From NCBI GenBank assembly GCA_963815115.1, contig CAWFFN010000007.1, positions 192,001 to 256,000 of the forward strand: 64,000 nucleotides of DNA, read 5' to 3'. The notes below the pieces were generated by a model. That model was not told the DNA's origin. It did no database searches and saw only the letters and a list, made by a program, of their open reading frames with translations. How positions within the stretch are numbered: the first letter of the stretch is position 1; each line of letters opens with the position of its first letter. The DNA comes from an uncultured delta proteobacterium (lineage in GTDB: Bacteria; Desulfobacterota; Binatia; DP-6). The position numbers were made by a program, and so were the translations under genes. Of the stretch, positions 9,362 through 20,287 are shown piece after piece.

Positions 9362-9907
9362 ATGCCCAAGCCGCTCCCGCCGCCGCGCCTCCAGCGCGCC
9401 ACCTCGGGCGAGGAGTCGCTGATCGCGGAGTCGGTGGTCGTCACCCGCATCGATCGCGCGATCGGCTGGGCGCGCAAGTACTCGATCTTCCCGTATCCGT
9501 TCGCGACCGCATGCTGCGCCATGGAGTACATGTCGCTCTCCATGTCGCCCTACGACATCGACCGCTTCGGTGCGCTGCTGCCGCGCTTCACCCCCCGACA
9601 GGCGGATCTGCTCATGGTGATCGGCACCGTGACCATGCGGCAGGCGCCGATCCTGCGGCGGGTCTACGAGCAGATGGGCGATCCCAAGTGGGTGATGGCG
9701 TTCGGCGCCTGCGCGTCCAGCGGAGGCTTCTACGACAACTACGCCACGCTGCCGGGCATCGACCGCGTCGTGCCGGTCGACGTGTACGTGCCGGGCTGCC
9801 CGCCGCGTCCGGAGGGCGTGCTCGACGGCCTGATGGCGCTGCAGCGCAAGATCCAGCGCCAGAAGCAGTCGTTGCGGGCCAACGACCCGGCCGCGGCCGC
9901 CAGCTGA
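9362..9907 (+). CDS. nuoB: NADH-quinone oxidoreductase subunit B
   Basis: ACCAME, RFTPRQAD, GACASSGG, VDVYVPGCPPRPE. Confidence 0.96.
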   Translation: MPKPLPPPRLQRATSGEESLIAESVVVTRIDRAIGWARKYSIFPYPFATACCAMEYMSLSMSPYDIDRFGALLPRFTPRQADLLMVIGTVTMRQAPILRRVYEQMGDPKWVMAFGACASSGGFYDNYATLPGIDRVVPVDVYVPGCPPRPEGVLDGLMALQRKIQRQKQSLRANDPAAAAS

Positions 9908-9915
9908 CCCTCGGC

Positions 9916-11203
<1,288 letters not shown>

Positions 11204-11217
<14 letters not shown>

Positions 11218-12787
11218 GATCGACGGCCGGACGATCGAGGTCGAGGACGGCGTCACCGTCATCCAGGCGGCCGACCGCCTCGGCATCGAGATTCCCCACT
11301 ACTGCTGGCATCCCGGACTCTCGATCGCGGGCAACTGCCGCATGTGTCTGGTGGAGATCGAGAAGTCGCCCAAGCTGCAGATCGCCTGCAACACGCGGGT
11401 GACCGACGGCATGGTCGTGCACACGGAGAGCGACAAGACCAAGACGGCGCAGAAGGCCGTCCTCGAGTTCCTGCTCATCAACCACCCGATCGACTGTCCG
11501 GTGTGCGATCAGGCGGGCGAGTGCAAGCTGCAAGAGTACTACATGGACTACGACCGCCAGAAGAGCCGGGTGCCGCTCGCTGGCAAGGTCCACAAGGCGA
11601 AAGCGCTCACGCTCGGTCCCCACATCATGCTCGATCAGGAGCGCTGCGTGCTCTGCTCGCGCTGCGTCCGGTTCCTCGACGAGGTGACGAAGACCCACGA
11701 GCTGGGCTTCTACGAGCGCGGCGACCACACCGTGCTGGCCCCGGCGCCCGGCAAGACGCTCGACAATCCCTACTCGACGAACGTCGCCGACATCTGTCCC
11801 GTCGGCGCCCTCACCAACCGCGACTTCCGCTTCCGCGCCCGCGTCTGGTACCTGGAGCGCACCGACTCCCTCTGCGCGGGCTGCGCCAACGGGTGCAACA
11901 TCGAGATCTATCACCGCGAGGGGCGAATCTTCCGGTACATGCCGCGCTTCAATCCGGAGGTGAACCAGTACTGGATGTGCGACGACGGGCGCATGACGGC
12001 CTACGCCCTGCAGCGCGAGGGCCGGCTGGCGCAGCCGCTGGTGCGGGGCGACAGCGCCTTCGCGGCGGCCGGGTGGAACGTTGCGCTCGGCGGAGCCGCG
12101 GAGCGCCTGGCGGCGCTGTCGCGCGGGGACGGACGGGATGCGATCGGCGTCATCGTCTCCGCGCAGGCCTCGAACGAAGAGATCGTGCTGCTGCGGCGGA
12201 TCGGGCAGACGCTCGGCGCGACCGTCGCCGGCATCTTCTGGTCGCCACCGGGTGCCTACCACGACGATCTCCTCATCAAGGCCGACAAGAACCCGAACAC
12301 GCGTGGTCTCGCGCTCCAGGGTGTGCCGCTCGACGGCACGGCCGACGGGCTGCTCGAGGCGGCCGCGGCGGGTACGCTGCAGGCGCTCGTTCTCTACCGT
12401 AGCGATCTGACCGCGTGGCGCGACGGGGCCCGGGTGCGGGCCGCGCTGGAGCGGGTGCCGTACCTGGTGGTGCTCGACACCGAGCAGCGAGAGGCGGTCG
12501 AGTTCGCGAGCGTCGTGCTGCCGGTAGGGACCCACGCGGAGAGCGACGGTACGTTCACGAATCACGCCGGACGCGTGCAGCGCTTCCGGGCCGCGGTGTC
12601 CCCGCCCGGCGAGGCGCGGCCGGGCTGGACCGTGCTCGCCGACCTGCTCGCGCGGCTCACGGGGTCGCTGCCCCTCCCGAGCGTGGAGGCGGCCTTCGCG
12701 CTCCTCGCCGAGGAGGCCGGTGCGTTCCGCGACCTCGGTTACGCGCGCCTCGGCGATCAGGGGCTCGCGACGGCCGGCTCTTCCTGA
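11204..12787 (+). CDS. nuoG: NADH-quinone oxidoreductase subunit G (short, 527 aa)
   Basis: GNCRMC, NHPIDCPVCDQAGECKLQ, CVLCSRC, CAGCANGC..C Fe-S motifs. Confidence 0.9.
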
Positions 12788-13712
12788 GCGCGGCTCCGTT
12801 CGACACCGGACCGGAACGCGCTCGCGCGTCGAGCACCTGACCGCACCAGAGCGCGAGACCGCCCCACGGCCGTCGGCGTGCGACCCAGGCCTCCAGGGTG
12901 GAAGCCGCCAGGCCTCCCGGGCCGAACGCGCGCGCGGCGAAGCGGAGGGCGGCGCGGTCGAGCACGGGGCGCTCGTGCTTGCCGAGCAGCAGGAGGAGCC
13001 AGGCGAGGGTGAGCCGTCCCACACCCGGGATGCGGGCGAGCCGCGCGGCCAGGCGCGCCTCCGGCAGTCGCTCGACCGCGTCGAGATCGAGCCGCGCGGC
13101 GTCGACGTTCCGGGCGAGAGCCGAAACCCATGCCGCTCGGTGCCCGAGGCCGGTCCGGCTGGCAAGCTTCCGGACGTCCAGCCGCGCGAGTGCTCGCGGG
13201 CTCGGGAAGGCACGCAGGTCCGGCCTCACCGGGCAGCGGCGGCCGAGCGCGGTGAGAGCGGCCGCCGGGCGGAGGCCGCTGATCCCCGTCGCGCGCGCAC
13301 ACGCGATCGATCGCACGAGGTCCTCGAACAGCGAGGTCCCACGGAGCAATCGTCCCAGGCCGAGCGGGACCGCGGACCGGAGCAGCGGGTCGCCCCGGCA
13401 GAGACGGTGGAAGGGCGCGAGGTCGAGGTCGAGGTCGAGCGACCGTCGAACCCGTGCCGCCAGGGGGGCCAGTGCCTCGATCTCGCTCGCGTCCTCGCCG
13501 GTCACCCGCAGCACGACGCCGCCCGGGGCGGGCCGGATCGCGAGGTGGTAGACCACGCCGCCCGGCAGCTCCTCGGCACGCTCCAGGAGCGGGCGGGCGC
13601 CATCGTGCCACCGGAAGGGCGCCAGCTCGCCGTGACCATGCGAGAGCACGGTCGCCCGCAGGTCGAAGCGACCCCGAGCCGGCAGGACGATCTCGGCACG
13701 CTCCACCTCCAC
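12657..13712 (-). CDS. HhH-GPD DNA glycosylase (AlkA/3-methyladenine glycosylase-like)
   Basis: FDLRATVLSHG, FEDLVRSI, FPSPRALA, HhH LARIPGVGR, PVLD; start estimated at GTG 13712; 3' end overlaps nuoG. Confidence 0.7.
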   Translation of the reverse strand: MEVERAEIVLPARGRFDLRATVLSHGHGELAPFRWHDGARPLLERAEELPGGVVYHLAIRPAPGGVVLRVTGEDASEIEALAPLAARVRRSLDLDLDLAPFHRLCRGDPLLRSAVPLGLGRLLRGTSLFEDLVRSIACARATGISGLRPAAALTALGRRCPVRPDLRAFPSPRALARLDVRKLASRTGLGHRAAWVSALARNVDAARLDLDAVERLPEARLAARLARIPGVGRLTLAWLLLLLGKHERPVLDRAALRFAARAFGPGGLAASTLEAWVARRRPWGGLALWCGQVLDARARSGPVSNGAALRKSRPSRAPDRRGARNRGRGTHRPPRRGARRPPPRSGGAATP

Positions 13713-13765
13713 GGCAGTCCCATCGTGCCGCCGGAGGGGTATCTTCGCCAGCGGTCCGGGGCGCG

Positions 13766-13795
13766 TTGACTTCGCGGAAGGCGCGCCCCCATACT
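13766..13795 (+). promoter_or_regulatory. sigma70-like promoter of the sulfite/nitrite reductase gene
   Basis: TTGACT-18nt-CATACT, followed by GAGGG before the ATG at 13812. Confidence 0.45.
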
Positions 13796-13811
13796 CGAGG
13801 GACCCCGTCTC

Positions 13812-15482
13812 ATGCGACCCACCGAGCAGCAGCACCGACAAGCCCTGGCCGGCCACGCGAATCGTCTGGCACGCTTCCTGAAGGGCGAGCTTCCGGCCGA
13901 CTCGTGGCGGCCCGTCCGGCTGTCTTACGGCCTCTACTACCAGCTCGACCACACGAGCCACATGCAGCGCATCAAGATTCCGGGCGGCATGCTCACCGCG
14001 GATCAGATGGACGTCATGGCCGAGGTCGCCGACCGCTATGGCCGGGGGATCGGCCACGTCACCACGCGCCAGGACATCCAGATCCACTGGGTGCCCGTCG
14101 AGCAGATCGTCGACATGTACGAGCGGCTGCTCGCGGTCGACATCACCACGCGCGGGGCCTGCTCGGACAGCGTGCGCAACGTCACGGCCTGCCCCTATGC
14201 GGGCGTAGCTCCGGACGAGCCCTTCGACGTCGCGCCGTACTGCATGGCCATCCATGCCTACTTCCTGTTCAACCCGCTGAACCTCACCCTCCCGCGGAAG
14301 TTCAAGATCGCCGTCGAGGGGTGCCCCGAGGACTGCGCCCAGGGACCGGTGAACGACATCGGGTTCTACGCCAAGCTGCGCGACGGCGTGCGCGGGTTCT
14401 CGGTGTATGCAGGCGGTGGCCTCGGTGCCCAGCCCTTCCTCGCCAAGCACCTCGCCGACTTCGTTCCTGCCGACGACGCGCTCATCTGGTGCGAGGCGAT
14501 CGTGCGCGTGCAGCATCGCCACGGGGAGCGCAAGAACCGCAGCCGGGCGCGAATGAAGTACGTCGTCAAGAAGCTCGGTATCGATGGCTTCCGGCGCCTG
14601 GTCGAGGAGGAGGTGCGGCGGGTCGAGGCGGAGCGCGGCGAGGAGCTGCGGGCGGAAGTGCGCGAGGAGGTGGCAGCGTATGCCGTGCCGCCGCCCATGA
14701 CTGCGAGCGCTCGCTCGGCGCCAGTGAGCCCGGGTCCGGGCTTCGAGCACTGGCGCCGCACCAACGCCCGGCCTCAGCGCCAGCAGGGCTTCACCGCCGC
14801 GCTCGTTCAGCTCCCCCTGGGTGACATCACGAGCGATCAGATGCGGGCCGTGGCGCAGCTTGCGCGCGAGCTCGGCAACGGCACGCTGCGCACCACCAAC
14901 GACCAGAATCTGGTCGTGCCCTGGGTCGCCGAGGCGGAGCTGGCGGCCTTCCATGCCGCACTGCTCGAGATGGGGCTCGGCAATCCGGACGTCGGGACGC
15001 TGGTCGACGTGGTCTCCTGCCCCGGCATGGACTACTGCTCGCTGGCCATCACCCGATCAATGGGCGTGGCGGAGCGCATCCGTGCTCAGCTTCTCGACGA
15101 TCCCGACACGTCCAACGGCTTCGCGGCGCGGCTGGGGCGATTCGGCATCAAGATCAGCGGCTGCCCGAACTCCTGCGGGCAGCATCACGTCGGCGACATC
15201 GGGCTCACCGGGCACTCGGTCAAGGAGGACGACGGGGCCGAGCATCCCTACTACTCGATCCTCGTCGGCGGCAGCGTCGGTGAGGGGCAGGGTCGCGTCG
15301 GTCATCGACTCGGCCGTTTCCGCGAGGACGACACTCCCGTCGCGATCGCGGCGCTGGCCCGCTTCTTCGAGGCGCGGCGCGAGGCCCGTGAGACGTTCCC
15401 GACCTTCGTCGAGCGGATCGGCATCAAGGAGCTGGCCAAGGTGGCCGATGGAGCCATCGCCGCCGGCACCGGACATGACTGA
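13812..15482 (+). CDS. ferredoxin-type sulfite/nitrite reductase (siroheme, 4Fe-4S)
   Basis: TTRQDIQ, LPRKFKI, CPGMDYC and SGCPNSCGQH. Confidence 0.93.
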   Translation: MRPTEQQHRQALAGHANRLARFLKGELPADSWRPVRLSYGLYYQLDHTSHMQRIKIPGGMLTADQMDVMAEVADRYGRGIGHVTTRQDIQIHWVPVEQIVDMYERLLAVDITTRGACSDSVRNVTACPYAGVAPDEPFDVAPYCMAIHAYFLFNPLNLTLPRKFKIAVEGCPEDCAQGPVNDIGFYAKLRDGVRGFSVYAGGGLGAQPFLAKHLADFVPADDALIWCEAIVRVQHRHGERKNRSRARMKYVVKKLGIDGFRRLVEEEVRRVEAERGEELRAEVREEVAAYAVPPPMTASARSAPVSPGPGFEHWRRTNARPQRQQGFTAALVQLPLGDITSDQMRAVAQLARELGNGTLRTTNDQNLVVPWVAEAELAAFHAALLEMGLGNPDVGTLVDVVSCPGMDYCSLAITRSMGVAERIRAQLLDDPDTSNGFAARLGRFGIKISGCPNSCGQHHVGDIGLTGHSVKEDDGAEHPYYSILVGGSVGEGQGRVGHRLGRFREDDTPVAIAALARFFEARREARETFPTFVERIGIKELAKVADGAIAAGTGHD

Positions 15483-15753
15483 CGACCCGGGCGAGGGCGA
15501 GGTCGCCGCCGGCCTGGACGAGGCGCGGGACCTCTACTACCGCGGTGTGATCACCCGGGTCTACTACGGGAGCGAGAGCGGCACGCTGCGCAGCGAGGGA
15601 AGCGGCCGCGAGTACCGTTTCCGCTATCCGTTCGTGGAGATCCGGGGAGCCATCCCTCGCATCGACGGCCTGCGCGAAGGCATGACCGTCGGCTTCGACC
15701 TGGGATGGACGTCGCGCGGCCGCCGCGTGACGGTCATCCGGGTCTACGACTGA
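15475..15753 (+). CDS. small OB-fold/cold-shock-domain-like protein (92 aa)
   Basis: ATG overlaps the reductase 3' end; pattern G-V-I..G-T-L..LREGMTVGFD..G..V. Confidence 0.6.
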   Translation: MTDDPGEGEVAAGLDEARDLYYRGVITRVYYGSESGTLRSEGSGREYRFRYPFVEIRGAIPRIDGLREGMTVGFDLGWTSRGRRVTVIRVYD

Positions 15754-15786
15754 GCGCTCCGCCCAGAGCGGTCCAGCCGGAGCGGC

Positions 15787-16608
15787 CTAGAGCGGTAGGG
15801 ACGTGCGGAAGAGGATGAGCCGTCCCAGCAGCTCCCCGACCAGCACGGCCAGGATGGCGACGTAGAACAGGCCGGTCGCGGCCATGGTCTGCGGAATCTG
15901 CAGGCTCCGGTGGATCATGTAGGCGATGGCGAGGGCGGCGAGCGGGCCGAGCACGACACGCAGCGCCAGGAGCGGGGCGTGGTCGTGCCAGAGGCGCGCG
16001 ATGGCGGCCGCGCCATCGCTCGAGGTGAGGCCGAGGACCAGCAGAGTGAACAGCCCGAGAGCCAGCTGGATCAGCAGGACCGCGACGAAGTACCGGAACA
16101 GGCGTCGCAGCGGATCGATCGAGAGCCCGAGGTCGATCAGGTACCAGTGACCAAGGAGCATGCCGCAGGCGACCGCTCCGAGCACGAGCGCACCCGTGAG
16201 GAAGGCGATCGGATAGAGCAGGGTGGCCGGACCCGTCCAGGGGCCGAGGCGAAAGCGGAGCGCGCTGACCGTCAGGGCCACGATCCCGAGAAGCAGGCCG
16301 GCGGCAAAGGCGCGAGCCCGGAGCGCGTTCGAATCGGTCCAGAGCGAGGCGAGATAGGTGCCGAGGGCAGCCGTGAAGGCTACCCAGAGGGCGAGCTCGC
16401 CCACGTCGGCGCTCGTCAGCGCCCCGGAGCGAAACACGAGGGCCACCTTGCCGGCGACGAACAGCACGGCGAAGCCGAGAAAGATGCCGGCGCTCGAGCG
16501 GTAGAAGCCGCGGTCGAGCACGCTGAAGGGTGGGACCGCGAGCCCGGCGAGGCCTCCCACCGCCAGCTGCCCGAAGAGCAGCAGGAAGCAGTCGCTGAAG
16601 CGCGACAC
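15787..16608 (-). CDS. polytopic membrane protein (~8 TM), unknown function
   Basis: Eight hydrophobic segments; GMLLGHWYL and ATGLFYVA motifs. Confidence 0.7.
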   Translation of the reverse strand: MSRFSDCFLLLFGQLAVGGLAGLAVPPFSVLDRGFYRSSAGIFLGFAVLFVAGKVALVFRSGALTSADVGELALWVAFTAALGTYLASLWTDSNALRARAFAAGLLLGIVALTVSALRFRLGPWTGPATLLYPIAFLTGALVLGAVACGMLLGHWYLIDLGLSIDPLRRLFRYFVAVLLIQLALGLFTLLVLGLTSSDGAAAIARLWHDHAPLLALRVVLGPLAALAIAYMIHRSLQIPQTMAATGLFYVAILAVLVGELLGRLILFRTSLPL

Positions 16609-16694
16609 GGCGCGGAGGTCTAGTGGAGGTGGCGCGTGGGAGCAAGCGTCGGGCGGCTACCGTGCGGGTCGCGTCTGCGGGCCTGGTGCCTGGC

Positions 16695-17042
16695 TCAGCC
16701 CCCGCGGCGCTCGGTCGGCGGCGGCGGTGGTGGAGGCGGCGGTGGCGGTGGAGGTGGCGGCGGCGGTGCGGCTTCGCGAATCGGATCGCAGATCACGTGG
16801 CCCAGGAGCGCGCCGAGTCCAGCTCCGACGATCGTGCTGCCGATGATGCCGCCGGCCCGCGCGCCGTCCGATGGGTCGCCGTTGTTGTTCAGCACCACTC
16901 CGGTGGTGATGCCGCCGGCGGCACCGCCGAGGATGGCGCCGCCCACGGCGCACGATCCCCACTCACGATCGGCGAAGTTCGCGCATCCCGAGAGCGTCAG
17001 GACAGCCACCAGCCCCCCAACAACAGCGTGCGGTCTCCGCAT
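16695..17042 (-). CDS. glycine-zipper lipoprotein with polyproline tail
   Basis: Lipobox LSGC, GxxxG zippers, long Pro run; GGAGG SD. Confidence 0.75.
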   Translation of the reverse strand: MRRPHAVVGGLVAVLTLSGCANFADREWGSCAVGGAILGGAAGGITTGVVLNNNGDPSDGARAGGIIGSTIVGAGLGALLGHVICDPIREAAPPPPPPPPPPPPPPPPPTERRGG

Positions 17043-17096
17043 GGTCCCCTCCTCAGGTGTCGTCCGGTCGTGGGCGCAGTAACGGGAACGAGGCGT

Positions 17097-17197
17097 GCGG
17101 TAACCGAAAGGGTCCTGGGAGTCAAGGCGTATGAAGCACGCAGCCGCAGTCCAGGTGTCGTTCGTATCTTGACACGACGGCGGAGCCTCAATTTAAT
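17097..17197. promoter_or_regulatory. divergent sigma70-like promoter pair
   Basis: Plus strand TTGACA-17-TTTAAT (17169-17197); minus strand TTGACT-17-TACCGC (17125-17097). Confidence 0.5.
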
Positions 17198-17220
17198 CCC
17201 GCGCCACGGGAGGTTGGCAC

Positions 17221-17952
17221 ATGCGGACTCGGGTGCGGACGGTGACGCTCGCGCTCCTCCTCGCCTGCTGCGCGTGTGGCGGCAACCCGGCAGACGTCGA
17301 GGACATCAAGAAGGGGCAGAAGGAGATCCTCGACCGCCTCACCGCGCTCGAGAAGTCGGTGCAGCAGGTGAAGCAGGCAGCGCCCGCTCCCGCCCCGGCT
17401 CGCCCGCAGGTCGATCCGGCGAAGGTCTACAACATCCCGCTGGCGAGCTCCCCTGCGCGCGGCCCGAGCGACGCCAAGGTGACGGTCGTCGAGTTTGCCG
17501 ACTACCAGTGTCCGTTCTGTGGCCAGGCCGAAGGTCTGGTGAAGGAGGTACTCGAGACGTACCCCAAGGACGTTCGTCTGGTCTACAAGCAGTTTCCGCT
17601 GCCTTCGATCCATCCGCAGGCGATGGCCGCGGCGAAGGCGGCACTCGCCGCCGGCCGGCAGGGAAAGTTCTGGGAGATGCATGACCTGCTCTTCCAGAAT
17701 CAGCGCGACTTGAGCCCCGAGAAGCTCACCGAGCTGGCCGAGTCCTTGCATCTCGACGTCATGCAGTTCCAGAAGGACCTGGAATCGCCGGAGGTGCTCG
17801 CGCAGATCTCTCGCGAGCAGCAGGAAGGCAAGAGCGTCGACGTCATCGGCACGCCGACGATCTTCGTGAACGGCCGGCGGCTGATGAACCGCTCGCTCGA
17901 CGGCTTCCGGCAGATGATCGACGGCTCCCTCGGGCGACAAACGACGGGGTGA
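17221..17952 (+). CDS. DsbA-family thioredoxin-fold lipoprotein
   Basis: EFADYQCPFC, QFPL..IH, GTPTIFVNG; signal peptide with Cys; coiled coil. Confidence 0.9.
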   Translation: MRTRVRTVTLALLLACCACGGNPADVEDIKKGQKEILDRLTALEKSVQQVKQAAPAPAPARPQVDPAKVYNIPLASSPARGPSDAKVTVVEFADYQCPFCGQAEGLVKEVLETYPKDVRLVYKQFPLPSIHPQAMAAAKAALAAGRQGKFWEMHDLLFQNQRDLSPEKLTELAESLHLDVMQFQKDLESPEVLAQISREQQEGKSVDVIGTPTIFVNGRRLMNRSLDGFRQMIDGSLGRQTTG

Positions 17953-18526
17953 GTCGCCGCGCCGTCCAGGAAGTTTGTCAGCGCCTGGCTACGGTGGCGA
18001 ACCGCCCGGACTTCCAGTGGAACTTCGTGGGTCGACGACGACCAGCGGGTGAATGCGTTCTGTCTTCCCGGCGGCAAGGCGGCGGTCTACACGGGCATCC
18101 CGCCGGTCGCACAGGATCAAGCAGCTCGCCGTCGTGCTCGGCGACGAGACCGCACGCGCGTCGCGCGCCAGAGCACGTTGGCACAAACTCGGCGGCGCGG
18201 CTCTCGCCATCGGACTCGGCAGCAGCGCAGGCGCGTCCGCTATCGGCCTGTAGCCCTATGGTCGCATGCGGGAGCCGGGGCGGATCACATCGGCCTGCTG
18301 CTCATGGCGCAGGCAGGATACGATCCGCGTGCCGAAATTGACTTCTGGCAGCGCATGGAGGAGACGAGGCGGCGATGCGCCACCGGAAGTTCTCTCCACG
18401 CATCCGAGCCGCGGCACGCGCACGGTGCAGCTTCGCGCGTGGATCCCTGAAGCGATGCGGCTTTACGAGGCCGCCGCGCCCGCTCCCACCGCGCCGCTCG
18501 CGCGCGGCGGCGACGTGAAGCGCTGA
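17949..18526 (+). pseudogene. M48 metallopeptidase pseudogene (multiple frameshifts)
   Basis: Fragments in different frames: RPDFQWNF, NAFCLPGGK..VYTGI, LAVVLGDETAR (HExxH lost), ADHIGLLLMAQAGYDP, LSTHPS. Confidence 0.8.
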
Positions 18527-18808
18527 TCACGGACGCGCGCCGCGGAAATCTTCGCGTGCCGGAAAATTTTTTTCCCGAAGATGCGCGCGATGTTACGGCG
18601 TCGCGACAAGATCGCGACGATCTCCCACCTTGCAATACTCGCTGAACCGCGCTAAACGCAGACCCTCCCGCGACATATTGCTTTCTTGAACATGACGGAG
18701 GTTAAGGGTTGGATGCGGTCGCTCCCGGGATGGGAGCGGCGGTGTGGCGGGTGGGTGTCGGAGGCGGCCGCAGTCGTGAACGGCTTGTCCCGCGGGGTGT
18801 TCTGCGAC

Positions 18809-18828
18809 TTCTCCCCACGTGTGGATAA
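18809..18828. promoter_or_regulatory. DnaA box(es) upstream of dnaA
   Basis: Perfect TGTGGATAA (18820-18828) plus an inverted two-mismatch box TTCTCCCCA (18809-18817). Confidence 0.7.
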
Positions 18829-18887
18829 CGCCGCGCGGGGCATCTCGAAGGAACCGATCGGGGATCGGTGCAACGAGGGGTCGGTGG

Positions 18888-20210
18888 ATGCTCGACGCCG
18901 TGTGGGGGGAGATGCGACGGCAGCTCCGTGCTTGCCTGTTCGCGAAGGACTTCGATACCTGGATCGCCCCCCTGCGGGCGACCTGCTTCGAGGCCGGGGA
19001 GCTCACCATTGAAGTTCCGAGCGCCTTCAGCCTCGAGTGGATTCGGGAGCACTATCTGGACGCACTGACACAGGCGACCGAAGGCGCTGCTGGGCACGGA
19101 ACGCGCCTGAGATTCGTCGTGAACCGGGCGCTCGAGGCCGGACCGCCGCCTCGACGACCGCTGCGGCGAGCCGAGGCGCTTCCGGTCGAGAGCACTCCGT
19201 CACCGGCACCGCGCTGCACGTTCGAGAGCTTCGTCGTCGGGCGGAGCAACGAGGTGGCGTGGCGGGGTGCACGCGCCGTGGTCGATGAACCGGGCAAGCG
19301 CTTCAACCCGCTGTTCATCTACGGCGGCACCGGACTCGGCAAGACTCATCTGCTCAACGCGACGGCCCATGCGATGCACCAGCGGCGCACGCTCTCGGGC
19401 GTCGCGTGCCTGACCGCCGAGTCCTTCGTGAACGAGATGATCGCCGCTCTCAGACGCCATCAGATGGATCAGTTCCGTCAGCGCTTCCGGGGCATCGGCA
19501 CGCTGATCCTCGACGACATCCAGTTCCTCGCCGACAAGAAGCGGTCGCAGGAGGAGTTCACGCACACCTTCAACGCGTTGCACGACGGCCGGAAGCAGAT
19601 CGTGATCGCCTCGGACCGGGCGCCGCACGAGCTGCCGGGCTTCGAGGACACGCTGCGGAGCCGCCTGGCAGCCGGCCTCCTGGCCGACATCCAGCCGCCC
19701 GATCCCGAGCTGCGATTGGCCCTCGTGCGTCGCAAGGCGGCCGAGGCCGGCCTCGAGCTGGACGACGAGGTGGCGAGCCACCTTGCCGAGCACTGGTGCC
19801 GCAACGGGCGTGAGCTCGAAGGGGTCCTGAAGCGCATCGAAGCATTCGCCACGCACGCGCAGCGGCCCGTGACGCTCACCCTGGTGCGCGAGGCGCTGGC
19901 GCCATACCGGCGTCCCGACGACGCGCGCAAATCGCTTGCCCGCATCGTCGGGGAGGTCTGCCGCCAGTATCAGGTGACTCGCGCCGAGCTGGCGTCCTCC
20001 CGTCGGACGGCACGTGTCGTGCTTCCCCGACACGTCGCGATGTATCTCTGCCGCCGGCACACCGACGCGCCGCTCGGCGTGATCGGCAAGGAGCTGGGCG
20101 GCCGAGACCATTCCACGGTGGTGCACGCCCTGGGCGCCATCGAGGAGCGGCTTCGTACCGATGCGGAGCTGCGAGCCGTCGTGTCCACGCTGGAGGCACG
20201 ACTCGCCTAG
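18888..20210 (+). CDS. dnaA: chromosomal replication initiator DnaA (possibly a paralog)
   Basis: FDTWI domain I, TFESFVVGRSN, GGTGLGKTHL, DDIQFL, NGRELEG, GGRDHSTVVHA. Confidence 0.93.
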   Translation: MLDAVWGEMRRQLRACLFAKDFDTWIAPLRATCFEAGELTIEVPSAFSLEWIREHYLDALTQATEGAAGHGTRLRFVVNRALEAGPPPRRPLRRAEALPVESTPSPAPRCTFESFVVGRSNEVAWRGARAVVDEPGKRFNPLFIYGGTGLGKTHLLNATAHAMHQRRTLSGVACLTAESFVNEMIAALRRHQMDQFRQRFRGIGTLILDDIQFLADKKRSQEEFTHTFNALHDGRKQIVIASDRAPHELPGFEDTLRSRLAAGLLADIQPPDPELRLALVRRKAAEAGLELDDEVASHLAEHWCRNGRELEGVLKRIEAFATHAQRPVTLTLVREALAPYRRPDDARKSLARIVGEVCRQYQVTRAELASSRRTARVVLPRHVAMYLCRRHTDAPLGVIGKELGGRDHSTVVHALGAIEERLRTDAELRAVVSTLEARLA

Positions 20211-20287
20211 CCGGGGTGGTGGGGTAGAGGAGGCGCGCCAGGGATGGCGCCGCGAGGTGCCCGCGGCACGATGAGTGCCGCGGGCAC

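Noticed and set aside
18540-18890. Possible oriC upstream of dnaA
   Set aside because: Only one perfect DnaA box and no clear box array or extended AT-rich unwinding element
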